Origin: Eledone cirrhosa
Taxonomy: Eukaryota
Length of the DNA stretch: 64,000 nt
Assembly: GCA_964016885.1 (NCBI GenBank)
Contig: OZ024741.1
Coordinates: forward strand, 41,788,001-41,852,000
Direction of reading: 5' to 3'
Under the pieces are notes generated by a model. It made no database searches. It saw nothing but the letters and a program-made list of their open reading frames with translations, and was not told where the DNA came from. Each line of letters opens with the position of its first letter. Position 1 is the stretch's first letter. Positions 51,263 to 64,000 of this stretch are shown here, one piece after another. The position numbers were made by a program, and so were the translations under genes.

Positions 51263-51736
51263 TGAACACATACAATCACAATGGTATAGGTGTTGATATA
51301 CTTATTAAGCTCCTCAAGGGAAAAGTAAGTAGTGAGTGTCAGTTTAGTGAGGTGAAGTTGTATAGCCTCCTTGGTTGAGATATTCCACTCTTGGTTCTGA
51401 TATCAGAGAAGGCTCGTCCAGCAAGATTTAGAACATCTTCATAAAAAGGCACTAAACCTTCCTCTGGAGCATGCAGGGACAGAAATTCATGGGCTCTAAC
51501 CATGGAGCTGTCATGTTTCCTATTATCAGAAATACTGGTGTTATGGAGAAAATAACTCCCACAACACCAGGGCCTCAGGTACTGAGAAGTGAACACTTAA
51601 AGAATTGTCAGTTTTCAGTGCTTTTTCACCTAGTGGAGAAACCAATCATCTGGTCAACAATAAGGAAACTCTGTTTCCATCAGTGGAGTACTGCACCTGA
51701 GTCCTGAAAAGTCATCACACACAGTTTGTAACCTAC

Positions 51737-52280
51737 CATGCTGGATATTTTTAACATTTCACCAACTATTCTTGATGTTCCAGCTGCTTTCCCTACCTTC
51801 ATATCCTAAATAGCTTTGTCTATCATACTGCCGTCAAGTTTTATGGTTGGTCCCTTGATTGGTTCTACAAGACGTAGGCCCTGACAATTCCATTTATTCT
51901 CTGCTCAACAGTCTCTCGTAACAGGACATCCATGCCTCTTTCTTTAATGGCATCAGTCAGGGTAAATGCTGCATCACTTCAAACATACTTTTCTCCAACA
52001 TCTCAACTTACTCTAACACACAGCTTCACAATCCAAAAGACTTCACACCTCTGCTCTTCACATCATACTAGATATGTAAACCTCTTTTCTGTTTCTCCTC
52101 TTGCTAAGTATACCTCTCTTCTAACCTCTCCTTTAGCTATTTAGCATTGCTCTCTATTATGCACTTCTTTCCAGTCTTTCTAGATGCATCTCTTTACTTA
52201 TGTGGCTCTATCTTCCCTATCATTCAACGCCCATGTCACTTTCCATCTTGCTATGACCTTGCTCCAGTTGCAAGTTATCT
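51737..52280 (-). mobile_element. Old RTE fragment (region between EN and RT)
   Basis: Resembles 18440-18980 (MKxGKAAG...IVGEM; VGEK). Confidence 0.7.
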
Positions 52281-52794
52281 TGTAAAAATTCCATATACAT
52301 AAGCACACACATGGTGACACCACTCAAGGCAAGGCAAATGTATGATAATTAATCATTAGTTTCCATTTATTTAATCACTTACAATCTCTATATAAATAGA
52401 AAAAATATTTATTATTTTTTAATCAAATAAGTTTAGACCAAAACATTTTAATTAGCATAATGCAATTATTGACAGTATTAATAAAGCCACAAAAATAAAC
52501 TAATTTAAATATATTTTTAAAGTATTTTAATTTTAATGTTCAAAATGACACTAAGAGCATTTATCAAAAAGAACTTTTGTGATGAATAAATAAATAAGCT
52601 TATCATTATAGCCATGATAAAGAATTATCTGAGTACATCACCATTAAACACCTATTTTCTGTACTTGCAGAGAGATTTCAAGTCATAGCTGCTGAACTTG
52701 TTCCAAAAGCTTACAAATGAGTGGACTCCTCCAATGGATGTCTCTAAAGACATCCAAGAGCCAAGTGGTAGTGTTAAACTTGGTGACTCATGAC

Positions 52795-53460
52795 AAAATC
52801 TACCACCCAAGAGAAAGTTCACTCCACCTACATGTTTAAGTCTACCGCCCATAATTATGTCTACAACACAAGAGTCTACCATCCATGAGTAAATCTACTA
52901 GGTATTATCAAGTCAACCACCCATGGTCAAGTCTATCGCCCATGGTCAAGTCTACCACGCATGGTCAAGTCTATCGCCCATGGTCATGTCCACCACCCAT
53001 GGTCAAGTCTATCGCCCATGGTCATGTCCACCACCCATGGTCAAGTCTATCGCCCATGGTCATGTCCACCACCCATGGTCAAGTCTATCGCCCATGGTCA
53101 TGTCCACCACCCATGGTCAAGTCTATCGCCCATGGTCATGTCCACCACCCATGGTCAAGTCTATCGCCCATGGTCATGTCCACCACCCATGGTCAAGTCT
53201 ATCGCCCATGGTCATGTCCACCAGCCATGGTCAAGTCTATCGCCCATGGTCATGTCCACCACCCATAGTTATGTCTACCACCCATGGTCAAGTCCACCAC
53301 CCATGATCATGTCCACCACCCATGGTCAAGTCTATCGCCCATAGTCAAGTCCACCAACCATGGTCAACTCCACCACCCATAGTCATGTCCACCACCCATA
53401 GTCATGTCCACCTCGCCTGATTATGTTTACCACCAACGATTATGTCTACCACTCATAATT
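52795..53460. repeat. 19-bp minisatellite with a homogenised 38-bp dimeric core
   Basis: Alternating ccatggtcaagtctatcgc and ccatggtcatgtccaccac; degenerate monomers at both edges. Confidence 0.95.
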
Positions 53461-54049
53461 AAATCACCTATGCAAAGACATGCCTACCGTCCAAACAACT
53501 TCTCTCCATAAAAGATTATTCTATCCATGCAAACACAGAAATTATATTAAAAGAAAAAAAAATCTAAAACAGTTTGATTGGCAAATAAAACAATGAAGAG
53601 GTTATTGTACATAAAATACCAGATTTTAATATAGAATTATTATATAGATTTTATTTAATCAAAATGGTAAAATTAAAGTCAATAACTTTTAAATTGTTTT
53701 CCCAGAGAAAGCAATTCACAATTAAAAAAAAAAAAAAATTGTTTTTGTTTTCCATTTTTTCCCCATGTTTTTTTCCTGAATGTCTCCTCTTTGTCAAACT
53801 GATAGGATAAAGTGCTTCTTTACTTCACTACTATATTACTGTTGAAACTTAGCATCAAGTGTCATTCAAGTTTAGAAATATTAAAAGTGCTTCAAATGTA
53901 TGTTGCTTGCAAAATTAAAAACTTTAAATTTAAATTTTTTTTTTATATACTGAAGTATCATAGATTTGCTGTTTTTCATATATATATATTTCTTTTTTCA
54001 AATTAGGAATTAATTTGCGATAACAAAACAACAGTGACAAAGGGAAACA

Positions 54050-54385
54050 ATGGTTAAGTAGTTAGAGCAGATTAAACTACTGTTTCAAACTATCTAGGTT
54101 AAGCCACAGTTTCAAACAAATTGTAGAGTTCAACAACTGTTTCAAACTATCTGTAAACTGAACTATTGTTTAAAAATATCTGAAGGCTGATCTAATGTTT
54201 CAAATTATCTGTAGGCTGACCCACCATTTCAAACAAATTGTAGGTTAAACAACAGTTTCAAACACTGAACGTTAATCAACAGGTTCAAACACTGAACGTT
54301 AAACTACTGTTTCAAACTATTACTTAAAACAATAAGCCGAACTACTATTTCAAAATATTTGAAGCTGAACTATTATTTTAAACTT
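54050..54385. repeat. ~30-bp degenerate minisatellite
   Basis: Repeated aactactgtttcaaactatctgtagg-type units. Confidence 0.8.
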
Positions 54386-54595
54386 AGAATCATTCTACAT
54401 GTACTATGTCAAGTTTAAACAATTAGAATTTGATTAAATCTTTGGTTGAGTACCATGAATAAAAGAATTTGAAAGGATTTAATAAAATAACTATCATATG
54501 TATTATCAAACTAATGCTTAGAACATAGCTGAACAAATGGTTCTTAAATAAAATGGCAACAGAACCTTTGAATTCAAAGCAGGATTTTTATTTAT

Positions 54596-54755
54596 TTATT
54601 AGGACCAGAGGCTGTTTGGGACAGACTGGTATCAAATTGATTTAGCATTTTATTAGGACCAAAGGCTGTTTTGCACAGGCTGGTATCAAATTGATTTAGC
54701 ATTTTATTAAGACCAGAAGCTGTTTTGGACAGACTGGTGTCAAATTGATTTAGCA
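54596..54755. repeat. Three tandem copies of ~55 bp
   Basis: ttattaggaccagaggctgttt...ctggtatcaaattgatttagca three times. Confidence 0.9.
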
Positions 54756-54816
54756 AACTCAATACAATATGAGGATCTAAGATAAAGTATAGAAATATAT
54801 TTTATACTTTTATAAA

Positions 54817-55161
54817 GGAGGCACATGGCTTAGTAGTTAGAGCATTGGCCTTGCAATCAAAAGGTTGTGAGTTCAATTCTCAGACCGGGTGATGTGTTGT
54901 TTCCTTGAGCAAGACACTTTATTTCACATTGCTCCAGTTTACTCAGCTGTAGAATGAGATGATAGGGACTGGGGTCCATATCATTCCATTGCAAAGTGGT
55001 CGTGGAGGTGCCACGGCAAAAAAGCACCCAGCACTCACTGTAAATGAGGTTGGTGTTAGGAAGGGCATCCAGCTGTAGAAATCAAGCCAGAATCAGCTCC
55101 CGTCCCACCCTTGCAAGCAGGGAAAAAGCGGACGTAAAATGAAAAGATGATGATGAAAATG
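54817..55161 (+). mobile_element. CORE-like SINE, family 2, with RTE-derived tail
   Basis: Near-identical to 27695-28039; possible TSD ataaa. Confidence 0.9.
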
Positions 55162-55227
55162 ATAAAACAATGTAAGTGCTGATATAGGAGTTAACCTTGC
55201 AAGACACCATGATAAGCTACTTCATTT

Positions 55228-55425
55228 TCAACTATCTGCTGCATTCTCTCCCCAAGATATTATCACTCCTCACACAATTTTCATTTTCTCCTCCATCATA
55301 ATTTGCCATATCTTTTTTGGTTTTCATCTTCCTCGACTTCCTTCCACATTCATTTCCCATCATTCTTCTTACCCAGTCACTTTCATCCTTTCGCAAGACA
55401 TGACCCAACCATCTCATTTCATTTC
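55228..55425 (-). mobile_element. Old RTE 3' fragment
   Basis: Encodes MRWLGHVLRKDESDWVRR. Confidence 0.7.
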
Positions 55426-55679
55426 TTTTCACAACATTCATAAAAAATTTATAATACTAAATCAATATGAAACAATTTTAGTGGAGGTTTCTTGTAGAGA
55501 ATATTTGTTTATCAGTCAGAAATTATATTTCTATCACAATGCCATACAGCAGCCATCTAAAATTGGTTTCTCGCTAATTTTTGTTAAGAAAATAAAGAAA
55601 ATACACAATATTTGTATTACAGAGATATCTGATCATTTTGTTGATGAATACTTCCAGAATATTTTCATTGTCTGTAGTA

Positions 55680-58320
55680 ACAGCACCAACAACAACAACA
55701 ACACCATCTTCAACACCACTATTGCCTGGAGTAACAACAACATTGTCAACACCACTATTGCCTGGAGTAATAACAACATTGTTAACACCACTATTGCCAG
55801 TATTAACAGCACCACCACTATCACTACCATTGTCAACAGCACTATTGCCAGTAGCAACACTACCACTGCCATCTTTACCATCGTCAACACCACTATAATC
55901 AGTAGCAACACCACCATCACTACCATCGTCAACACCACTACCATCATCATCATCAACATCACTATAACCAGTAGCAACACCACCACCACCACCACTACTA
56001 TTAGTAGTACCAGCACCACAACCAACATCTACTATTAGTAGTACCAGCACTACAACCAACCAACCAACCACAACAACACTACCACCTGTACCAACACAAC
56101 CAACCACAACAACACTACCACCTGTGCCAACACAACCAACCAACCACAACAACACTACCACCTATACCAGCACAACCAACCAACCACAACAACACTACCA
56201 CCTCTACCAGCACAACCAACCAACCACAACAACACTACCACCTGTACCAGCACAACCAACCAACCACAACAACACTACCACCTGTACCAGCACAACCAAC
56301 CAACCACAACAACACTACCACCTGTAACAGCACAACCAACCACAACAACACTACCACCTGTACCAGCACAACCAGCCAACCACAACAACACTACCACCTG
56401 TACCAGCACAACCAACCAACCACAACAACACTACCACCTATACCAGCACAACCAACCAACCACAACAACACTACCACCTGTACCAGCACAACCAACCAAC
56501 CACAACAACACTACCACCTGTACCAGCACAACCAACCAACCACAACACTACCACCTGTACCAGCACAACCAACCAACCACTACAACACTACCACCTGTAC
56601 CAGCACAACCAGCCAACCACAACAACACTACCACCTGTACCAGCACAACGAACTACTACAACACTACCACCTGTACCAGCACAACCAACTGCTACAACAC
56701 TACCACCTGTACCAGCACAACCAACCACTACAACACTACCACCTGTACCAGCACAACCAACCAACCACAACACTACCACCTGTAACAGCACAACCAACCA
56801 ACCACAACAACACTACCACCTGTACCAGCACAACCAACCAACCACAACACTACCACCTGTACCAGCACAACCAACCACAACACTACCACCTGTACCAGCA
56901 CAACCAACCAACCACAACACTACCACCTGTACCAGCACAACCAACCAACCACAACAACACTACCACCTGTACCAGCACAACCAACTACTACAACACTACC
57001 ACCTGTACCAGCACAACCAACCAACCACAACACTACCACCTGTACCAGCACAACCAACCAACCACTACAACACTACCACCTGTACCAGCACAACCAACCA
57101 CAACAACACTACCACCTGTAACAGCACAACCAACCACAACACTACCACCTGTACCAGCACAACCAACCACAACACTACCACCTGTACCAGCACAACCAAC
57201 TACTACAACACTACCACCTGTACCAGCACAACCAACCAACCACAACAACACTACCACCTGTACCAGCACAACCAACCAACTACAACACTACCACCTGTAC
57301 CAGCACAACCAACCAACCACAACACTACCACCTGTACCAGCACAACCAACCAACCACAACACTACCACCTGTACCAGCACAACCAACCAACCACAACAAC
57401 ACTACCACCTGTACCAGCACAACCAACCAACCACAACAACACTACCACCTCTACCAGCACAACCAACTACTACAACACTACCACCTGTACCAGCACAACC
57501 AACCAACCACAACACTACCACCTGTACCAGCACAACCAACTAACCACAACACTACCACCTGTACCAGCACAACCAACCAACCACAACACTACCACCTGTA
57601 CCAGCACAACCAACCAACCAACCACTACCACCTGTACCAGCACAACCAACCACAACACTACCACCTGTACCAGCACAACCAACTACTACAACACTACCAC
57701 CTGTACCAGCACAACCAACTACTACAACACTACCACCTGTACCAGCACAACCAACCAACCACAACACTACCACCTGTACCAGCACAACCAACTACTACAA
57801 CACTACCACCTGTACCAGCACAACCAACCAACCACAACAACACTACCACCTGTACCAGCACAACCAACCAACTACAACACTACCACCTGTACCAGCACAA
57901 CCAACCAACCACAACACTACCACCTGTACCAGCACAACCAACCAACCACAACACTACCACCTGTACCAGCACAACCAACCAACCACAACAACACTACCAC
58001 CTGTACCAGCACAACCAACTACTACAACACTACCACCTGTACCAGCACAACCAACCAACCACAACACTACCACCTGTACCACCACAACAACACTGTCACC
58101 TGTATCAGTACCACCACTAACACTACCTGCCAAACAACAGCAGCAGTAACAGCATCACCACTACTATCATTACCTGCACCATCACAACTACTTGTACCAG
58201 CACAACCATCACCACCAACAACACAACCACCACTAACACTACCTACACCAACACCACTTGCACCAGCACCACCTGTACCTTCACCACCACCACCACTGGC
58301 TGTACTAGAACCAACACTAT
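55680..58320. repeat. 2.6-kb AC-rich minisatellite (33-40-bp variable unit) with trinucleotide-like flanks
   Basis: Unit accacctgtaccagcacaacc(aacc)n-ac(aac)n-act repeated dozens of times. Confidence 0.95.
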
Positions 58321-58447
58321 TATGACTAGCAAAAACAATCATCACCAGTTTTATTTTAATTGACTTAACAGACTAGTAGTGGCTTGCATTTGAAAGAAAT
58401 CACACACAGTCTCTCTCTCACTCTCACACTTACACTTACACACACAC

Positions 58448-58495
<48 letters not shown>

Positions 58496-58811
58496 TCTCT
58501 CTCTCTCTCTCACAAATACACACAGTCTCTCATACAAACAGATATAAAACTGACCCAGATAACATTTTACAATTCTATGACCAGAGAGATTTCCTAATCT
58601 CTCTAGATCTTCTGCTTGTGTTAAATGTTAACTACAACTACAATCAACCTAAAACTGGCTAAGTGCTACCTACTATTGTTCTTTCACCATCTAACTATCA
58701 CCACTATTGCAACTAATCCCACCACCCACTCCTCTCATATATATATATGTCCCAAGGCTCTGATACCATCAGCACTATAAACACAGAGCTGGCATATCTA
58801 AGAACTGACTA

Positions 58812-58867
58812 ACTGCCTGATGAGGTCATAGCCATTCAATGGCTATCATCGAAATATATATAGCAGT
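58812..58867 (+). ncRNA. Minimal type-I hammerhead ribozyme with intact core
   Basis: Stem I actgc/gcagt; CTGATGA 58817-23; stem II ggtcatagcca/tggctatcatc closed by G-C; GAAA 58851-54; palindromic TATATA; UH = TA with predicted cut after 58862. Confidence 0.75.
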
Positions 58868-58909
58868 AAATAAAGGATTATGAGTTCATGCAATTGACTT
58901 ATGTTTCGT

Positions 58910-58954
<45 letters not shown>

Positions 58955-59116
58955 AGCAAATTATAAACGTAAACATGTAAGTATGTTTTTGAAACGGTGC
59001 GCGAGTTTGAAATTAGAAATTAGAAATTATAAGCTTTCACCGTATTTTAGACTAAAGAAATTTCTAGCCTGATCGTGGGGTTTACAACCCTCGGAGAAAT
59101 GGAAAAAGATGAGTGT

Positions 59117-59187
59117 TGCCGTACATGGGAGTCGAACCCACATCTTTGGTTATCCAGACCACTGTGCTTCCATTACACCAATACACA
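59117..59187 (-). ncRNA. tRNA-like Pol III unit (left arm of the foldback)
   Basis: Mirror copy of 59243-59313 with one D-loop substitution. Confidence 0.6.
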
Positions 59188-59242
59188 TTTATCATTCACT
59201 TACTAAATTCATAGTTTCTAATTCGAATGGAAGGAGACGGGA

Positions 59243-59313
59243 TGTGTATTGGTGTAATGGTAGCACAGTGGTCTGGATAACCAAAGATGTGGGTTCGACT
59301 CCCATGTACGGCA
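59243..59313 (+). ncRNA. tRNA-like Pol III unit (right arm); probably not a functional tRNA
   Basis: A-box tggtgtaatgg, D-stem gtgt/gcac, anticodon arm tggt-ctggata-acca, T-arm gtggg-ttcgact-cccat, bulged acceptor stem, and T5 at 59323-27. Confidence 0.6.
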
Positions 59314-59396
59314 ACACTCATCTTTTTCCATTTCTCCGAGGGTTATAAACCCCACTATCAGGCTAGAAATTTCTTTAGTCTAAAATACGGTGAAAG

Positions 59397-59436
<40 letters not shown>

Positions 59437-59558
59437 TAAATGTATCTATGTGTGTGCATATATATATATATATATATATGTATATAAATGTATGTATGTG
59501 TGTGCATATATATATATATAAATGTATGTATGTGTGTGTGTGTGTGTGTGTGTGTATA

Positions 59559-60027
59559 TCATCATCATACGTCCATCTTCCACGCTTGCATGGGTTTGGA
59601 CGGGAGTTTTCCCACTTGAGGCAAGATTGGTTGTCTTGCTTGCATAGGACTGTCTGGCGGGTTATCTACAGTTGGATGCCCTTCCTAATACCAACCACGT
59701 TTACAGTGCGGACTGGGAGGTTTTTACCGTGTTACCTACACGGCCACATTACAGCGTGGACTGTATGTTTTTTTGTCGTGACACCTACACGACCTCATTT
59801 GTTTCGGACTGGATGTTGTGGTACCGACATAACTTTACATTGAAAGGGGTGGTGTGGATGGGGTGGGGGTAGTGGGAGGGGGTGTATTTTTGTTAGAGGT
59901 GCCTACTGACTGTAGTAGGTTTCAATTTGTACTTAGGTAAGGCGGGTCTTCTGTATTACTGTGAAGCGCCAAAGATCTCGGTCCAGTGACATTGTCTTGG
60001 AGAGGTGTAAGTGTGTAAGGTCGGAAT
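59559..60027 (-). mobile_element. 5'-truncated RTE LINE (ORF end and 3' UTR)
   Basis: SDLTHLHLSKTMSLDRDLWR...KTRLT plus 3' UTR, between TG/TA repeats. Confidence 0.9.
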
Positions 60028-60614
60028 ATAAATGTATGTATGCATGTATAATATAAATGTATGTATGTGTGTGTGTGTGTATATAAATATATATATATGT
60101 GTGTATATGTATGTATGTATGTATGTGTGCTTTTCTGTATCTTTCTAAGTTGCACATTTTCAAAATAGTCAGGAGATCTATACAACCATTGTTCCAATTC
60201 TTTTGACATATGGCATGACGTAGAGGATTATTTACTAGCAAACCAATTTAAAAGCGATGCTGCTCATTAGAAATACAAAATAATATTACAGTGCAAATTC
60301 AAGCATCGTTGAGTAACTAAGCTGTTTGCTTCAGAACCTCATAGTTTTGAGTTCAGTCCCAATATGTGGTATCTTGGTTAAGTGTCTTCTACAAGAGCCC
60401 CACACCTTGTGTGTGTGTGTGTGTGGTAGGTAATTCCAAAGAAAAGGCAAAGGAAAAAAGAGTGCTCTATGTATAGAACAGAGTTATTTAATTAGAAAGT
60501 GAACGACACAATATATAACTACTTCAGATCATTCATCAGACAGACATTTATTAATGTTGTCTGGGGTCCTGAAACCTATTGTGTTGTTCACTTTCTAATT
60601 AAATATATATATAT

Positions 60615-61048
<434 letters not shown>

Positions 61049-61050
<2 letters not shown>

Positions 61051-61198
61051 AAACAGTTCCACAACAGTTCACCATACGGAGAACAAATGTTTCACCTTGT
61101 GTGGATCCTCAGCTCAGTCTGAATTCAGACTGAACTGAGGATCCTCATAAGGTGAAACATTTGTTCTCCGTATGGTGAACTGTTGTGGAACTGTTTCT
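61049..61198. repeat. ~150-bp spacerless palindrome centred on GAATTC
   Basis: Arms of about 75 bp with 3 mismatches by eye; each arm carries an outward-reading CTGAGGA...GAAAC motif. Confidence 0.9.
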
Positions 61199-61260
61199 AC
61201 CAAACTCGTCCAATGGACTGAGTGCTCTACTACTACAGATATAACCCTACAGTATTTATA

Positions 61261-61341
61261 CAGGGTGCCGCCCCCAAAAATGTATATTCATTTTAACAGC
61301 ATTCTAATAAAAGTGTGTATACCTTTTTTGGCAACACCCTG
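61261..61341. mobile_element. 81-bp Tc1/mariner-type MITE
   Basis: TA|cagggtg ... caccctg|TA with extended imperfect TIRs (ccaaaaatgtata / tataccttttttgg). Confidence 0.75.
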
Positions 61342-61345
61342 TATA

Positions 61346-61450
61346 TGTCCCAAATGCAAACTATGGGTACACAAGGGATGTAATGGGATCTGATGCAGGC
61401 TAGCAAAGAACACAGGTTTTACATGTGGTCAATACACAGCAGCAATAACA
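61346..61450 (+). mobile_element. Old RTE fragment covering part of the Cys/His finger
   Basis: Encodes CPKCKLWVHKGCNGI...FTCG. Confidence 0.75.
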
Positions 61451-61864
61451 ACTTTCAGATGCCCCAAAATTGTTGCACTGAGATAATTGTTGGCCTTGTG
61501 CCAAAAGTAGAAACCCTTATCAACAGGAGGATATTAGCAGAAACAGCAGTTTTATTATGAATCTGAAAACTGGGTATTTCGATTATTCAAGACACCCATA
61601 GAAATCCTTTCTATGCATGCTGTACATGCGTACGTGTGTGTCAAACTATCAAAAGACTTTGCAACTAACTGAAAAATGTCACTTATAAAAACGTGCAAAC
61701 AGGCATAATCTAATCCACTAATGCTAGCATAGAAAACTGGATATGAAACAAAATAAGAATTATCATAGTTACATTAATATAGCAACATATTAAGAAACTG
61801 TTTCAAATTGTTCTTAATGTCATATCTTTTTTTGTCATATACTTCATCACAAATGAATGATTAA

Positions 61865-63105
<1,241 letters not shown>

Positions 63106-64000
63106 ATCTGGTGGGCTCTTAGAAAACTAGGAGTAGATGAATGGCTTGTGAAAGCGGTACAAGCCATGTATAGGGGAACAGTCATCAAAGTTAGGATTAG
63201 CAATGAGTATAGCGAGGAATTTAGCGTACAGGTTGGGGTCCACCAGGGCTCTGTTCTTAGCCCTCTCCTGTTCATCATAGTCCTGCAGGCAATAACGGAG
63301 GAGTTTAAGACCGGATGCCCATGGGAACTCCTGTATGCTGATGACCTCGCACTCATAGCTGAATCTATGGTAGAACTAGAGAATAAATTCCAAACCTGGA
63401 AGCAGGGACTAGAGAGAAAGGGCCTCAAAGTCAACATGACAAAGACTAAGGTCCTTGTAAGTAGACGAGAAAACAGAACCCAGATCCCCTCAGGGAAATG
63501 GCCTTGCTCAGTATGTAGGAAAGGTGTAGGTAGGAACTCCATTCTCTGCCCCAAATGCAAACAATGGGTACACAAGAGATGTAGCGGGATCTCAGGAAGC
63601 TTAATTAAGAATTTAGGATTCACATGCAGCAGCTGTGCTGAAACAGCAAGCAAACAGCCACAGGAAACAAGTACCACCAATCTCTGGGAGGGCCCTGTAG
63701 AAACAGTAGACAGCTTCTGCTACCTAGGTGACCGAATTAGCAACGGAGGTGGGTGCTCAGAAAGTACAATAACTAGGGTAAGAATGGGATGGAAGAAGTT
63801 TAGCGAACTACTACCACTGCTAGCTGCAAAAGGCTTCTCCCTCAGAATGAAAGGCAGACTGTATGATTGTATGATGCGTGTATCCGAACAGCGATGTTGC
63901 ATGATAGTGAGACCTGGGCGCTGAAGGTGGAAGACTTACGTAGATTAGAGAGAAACGAAGCCTGCATGCTCCGATGGATGTGTAACAGTAATATACGTGA
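63106..64000 (+). mobile_element. 5'-truncated RTE LINE, diverged subfamily (runs off the window)
   Basis: [10 protein letters not shown]...GVHQGS...YADD...C4HC3 finger...FCYLGD. Many synonymous differences from the 42799 copy; frameshift near 63870. Confidence 0.95.

Larger units (their letters stand above)
59028..59402. repeat. Foldback element: two 161-bp inverted arms and a 53-bp spacer
   Basis: 59028-59188 is the reverse complement of 59242-59402 with 3 substitutions and no indels by eye; TA at both ends. Confidence 0.95.

Noticed and set aside
51339-51707. Unique-looking ORFs of 78-85 aa on both strands
   Set aside because: No recognisable domain, and stops in all frames after the nearest acceptor; could be UTR or lncRNA but unsupported.
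52885-53344. Three overlapping 127-aa repetitive ORFs, or a CRISPR-like array
   Set aside because: A 38-bp unit yields the same peptide in all frames; there are no unique spacers or cas genes, and the context is eukaryotic.
55400-58345. Mucin-like T/N-rich or GTGGSVV ORFs
   Set aside because: Unit lengths break the frame repeatedly, and no signal peptide or convincing splice context is visible.
59243-59313. Bona fide tRNA-Ser(GGA) gene
   Set aside because: Bulged acceptor stem, pyrimidine at position 37, no long variable arm, and an anticodon rarely used in eukaryotes; kept only as tRNA-like.
60505-60550. Minus-strand CTGATGA motif
   Set aside because: GAAG instead of GAAA and no stem I partner.

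Overview
AT-rich, microsatellite-dense eukaryotic DNA, apparently intronic or intergenic. The repeat complement suggests an octopod/coleoid cephalopod, but this is inference only. No host protein-coding gene can be called with confidence: nearly all long ORFs in the track are translations of simple repeats or transposon remnants. The window is a mosaic of mobile elements. These include a near-full-length but frameshifted RTE-clade LINE (APE endonuclease plus RT, about 16.75-20.17 kb, minus strand) and many 5'-truncated relatives; two Tx1/L1-clade fragments; a decayed mariner transposase; a non-autonomous Helitron; at least three tRNA-derived SINE families; and about 11 copies of a TTAA-flanked piggyBac-type MITE plus older relatives. 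There are also several mini- and microsatellites. Four observations stand out. (1) A C4HC3 PHD-type finger is inserted just after the RT core of the RTE family and is conserved across diverged subfamilies. (2) A 375-bp foldback has two 161-bp arms, each carrying an outward-facing tRNA-like Pol III unit. (3) Several minimal type-I hammerhead ribozyme motifs with palindromic stem III occur, mostly in modules beside TA repeats; one has a fully intact core at 58.8 kb. (4) An RTE copy shows a twin-priming-type 5' inversion. All coordinates and mismatch counts were read by eye; no searches or folding were run.
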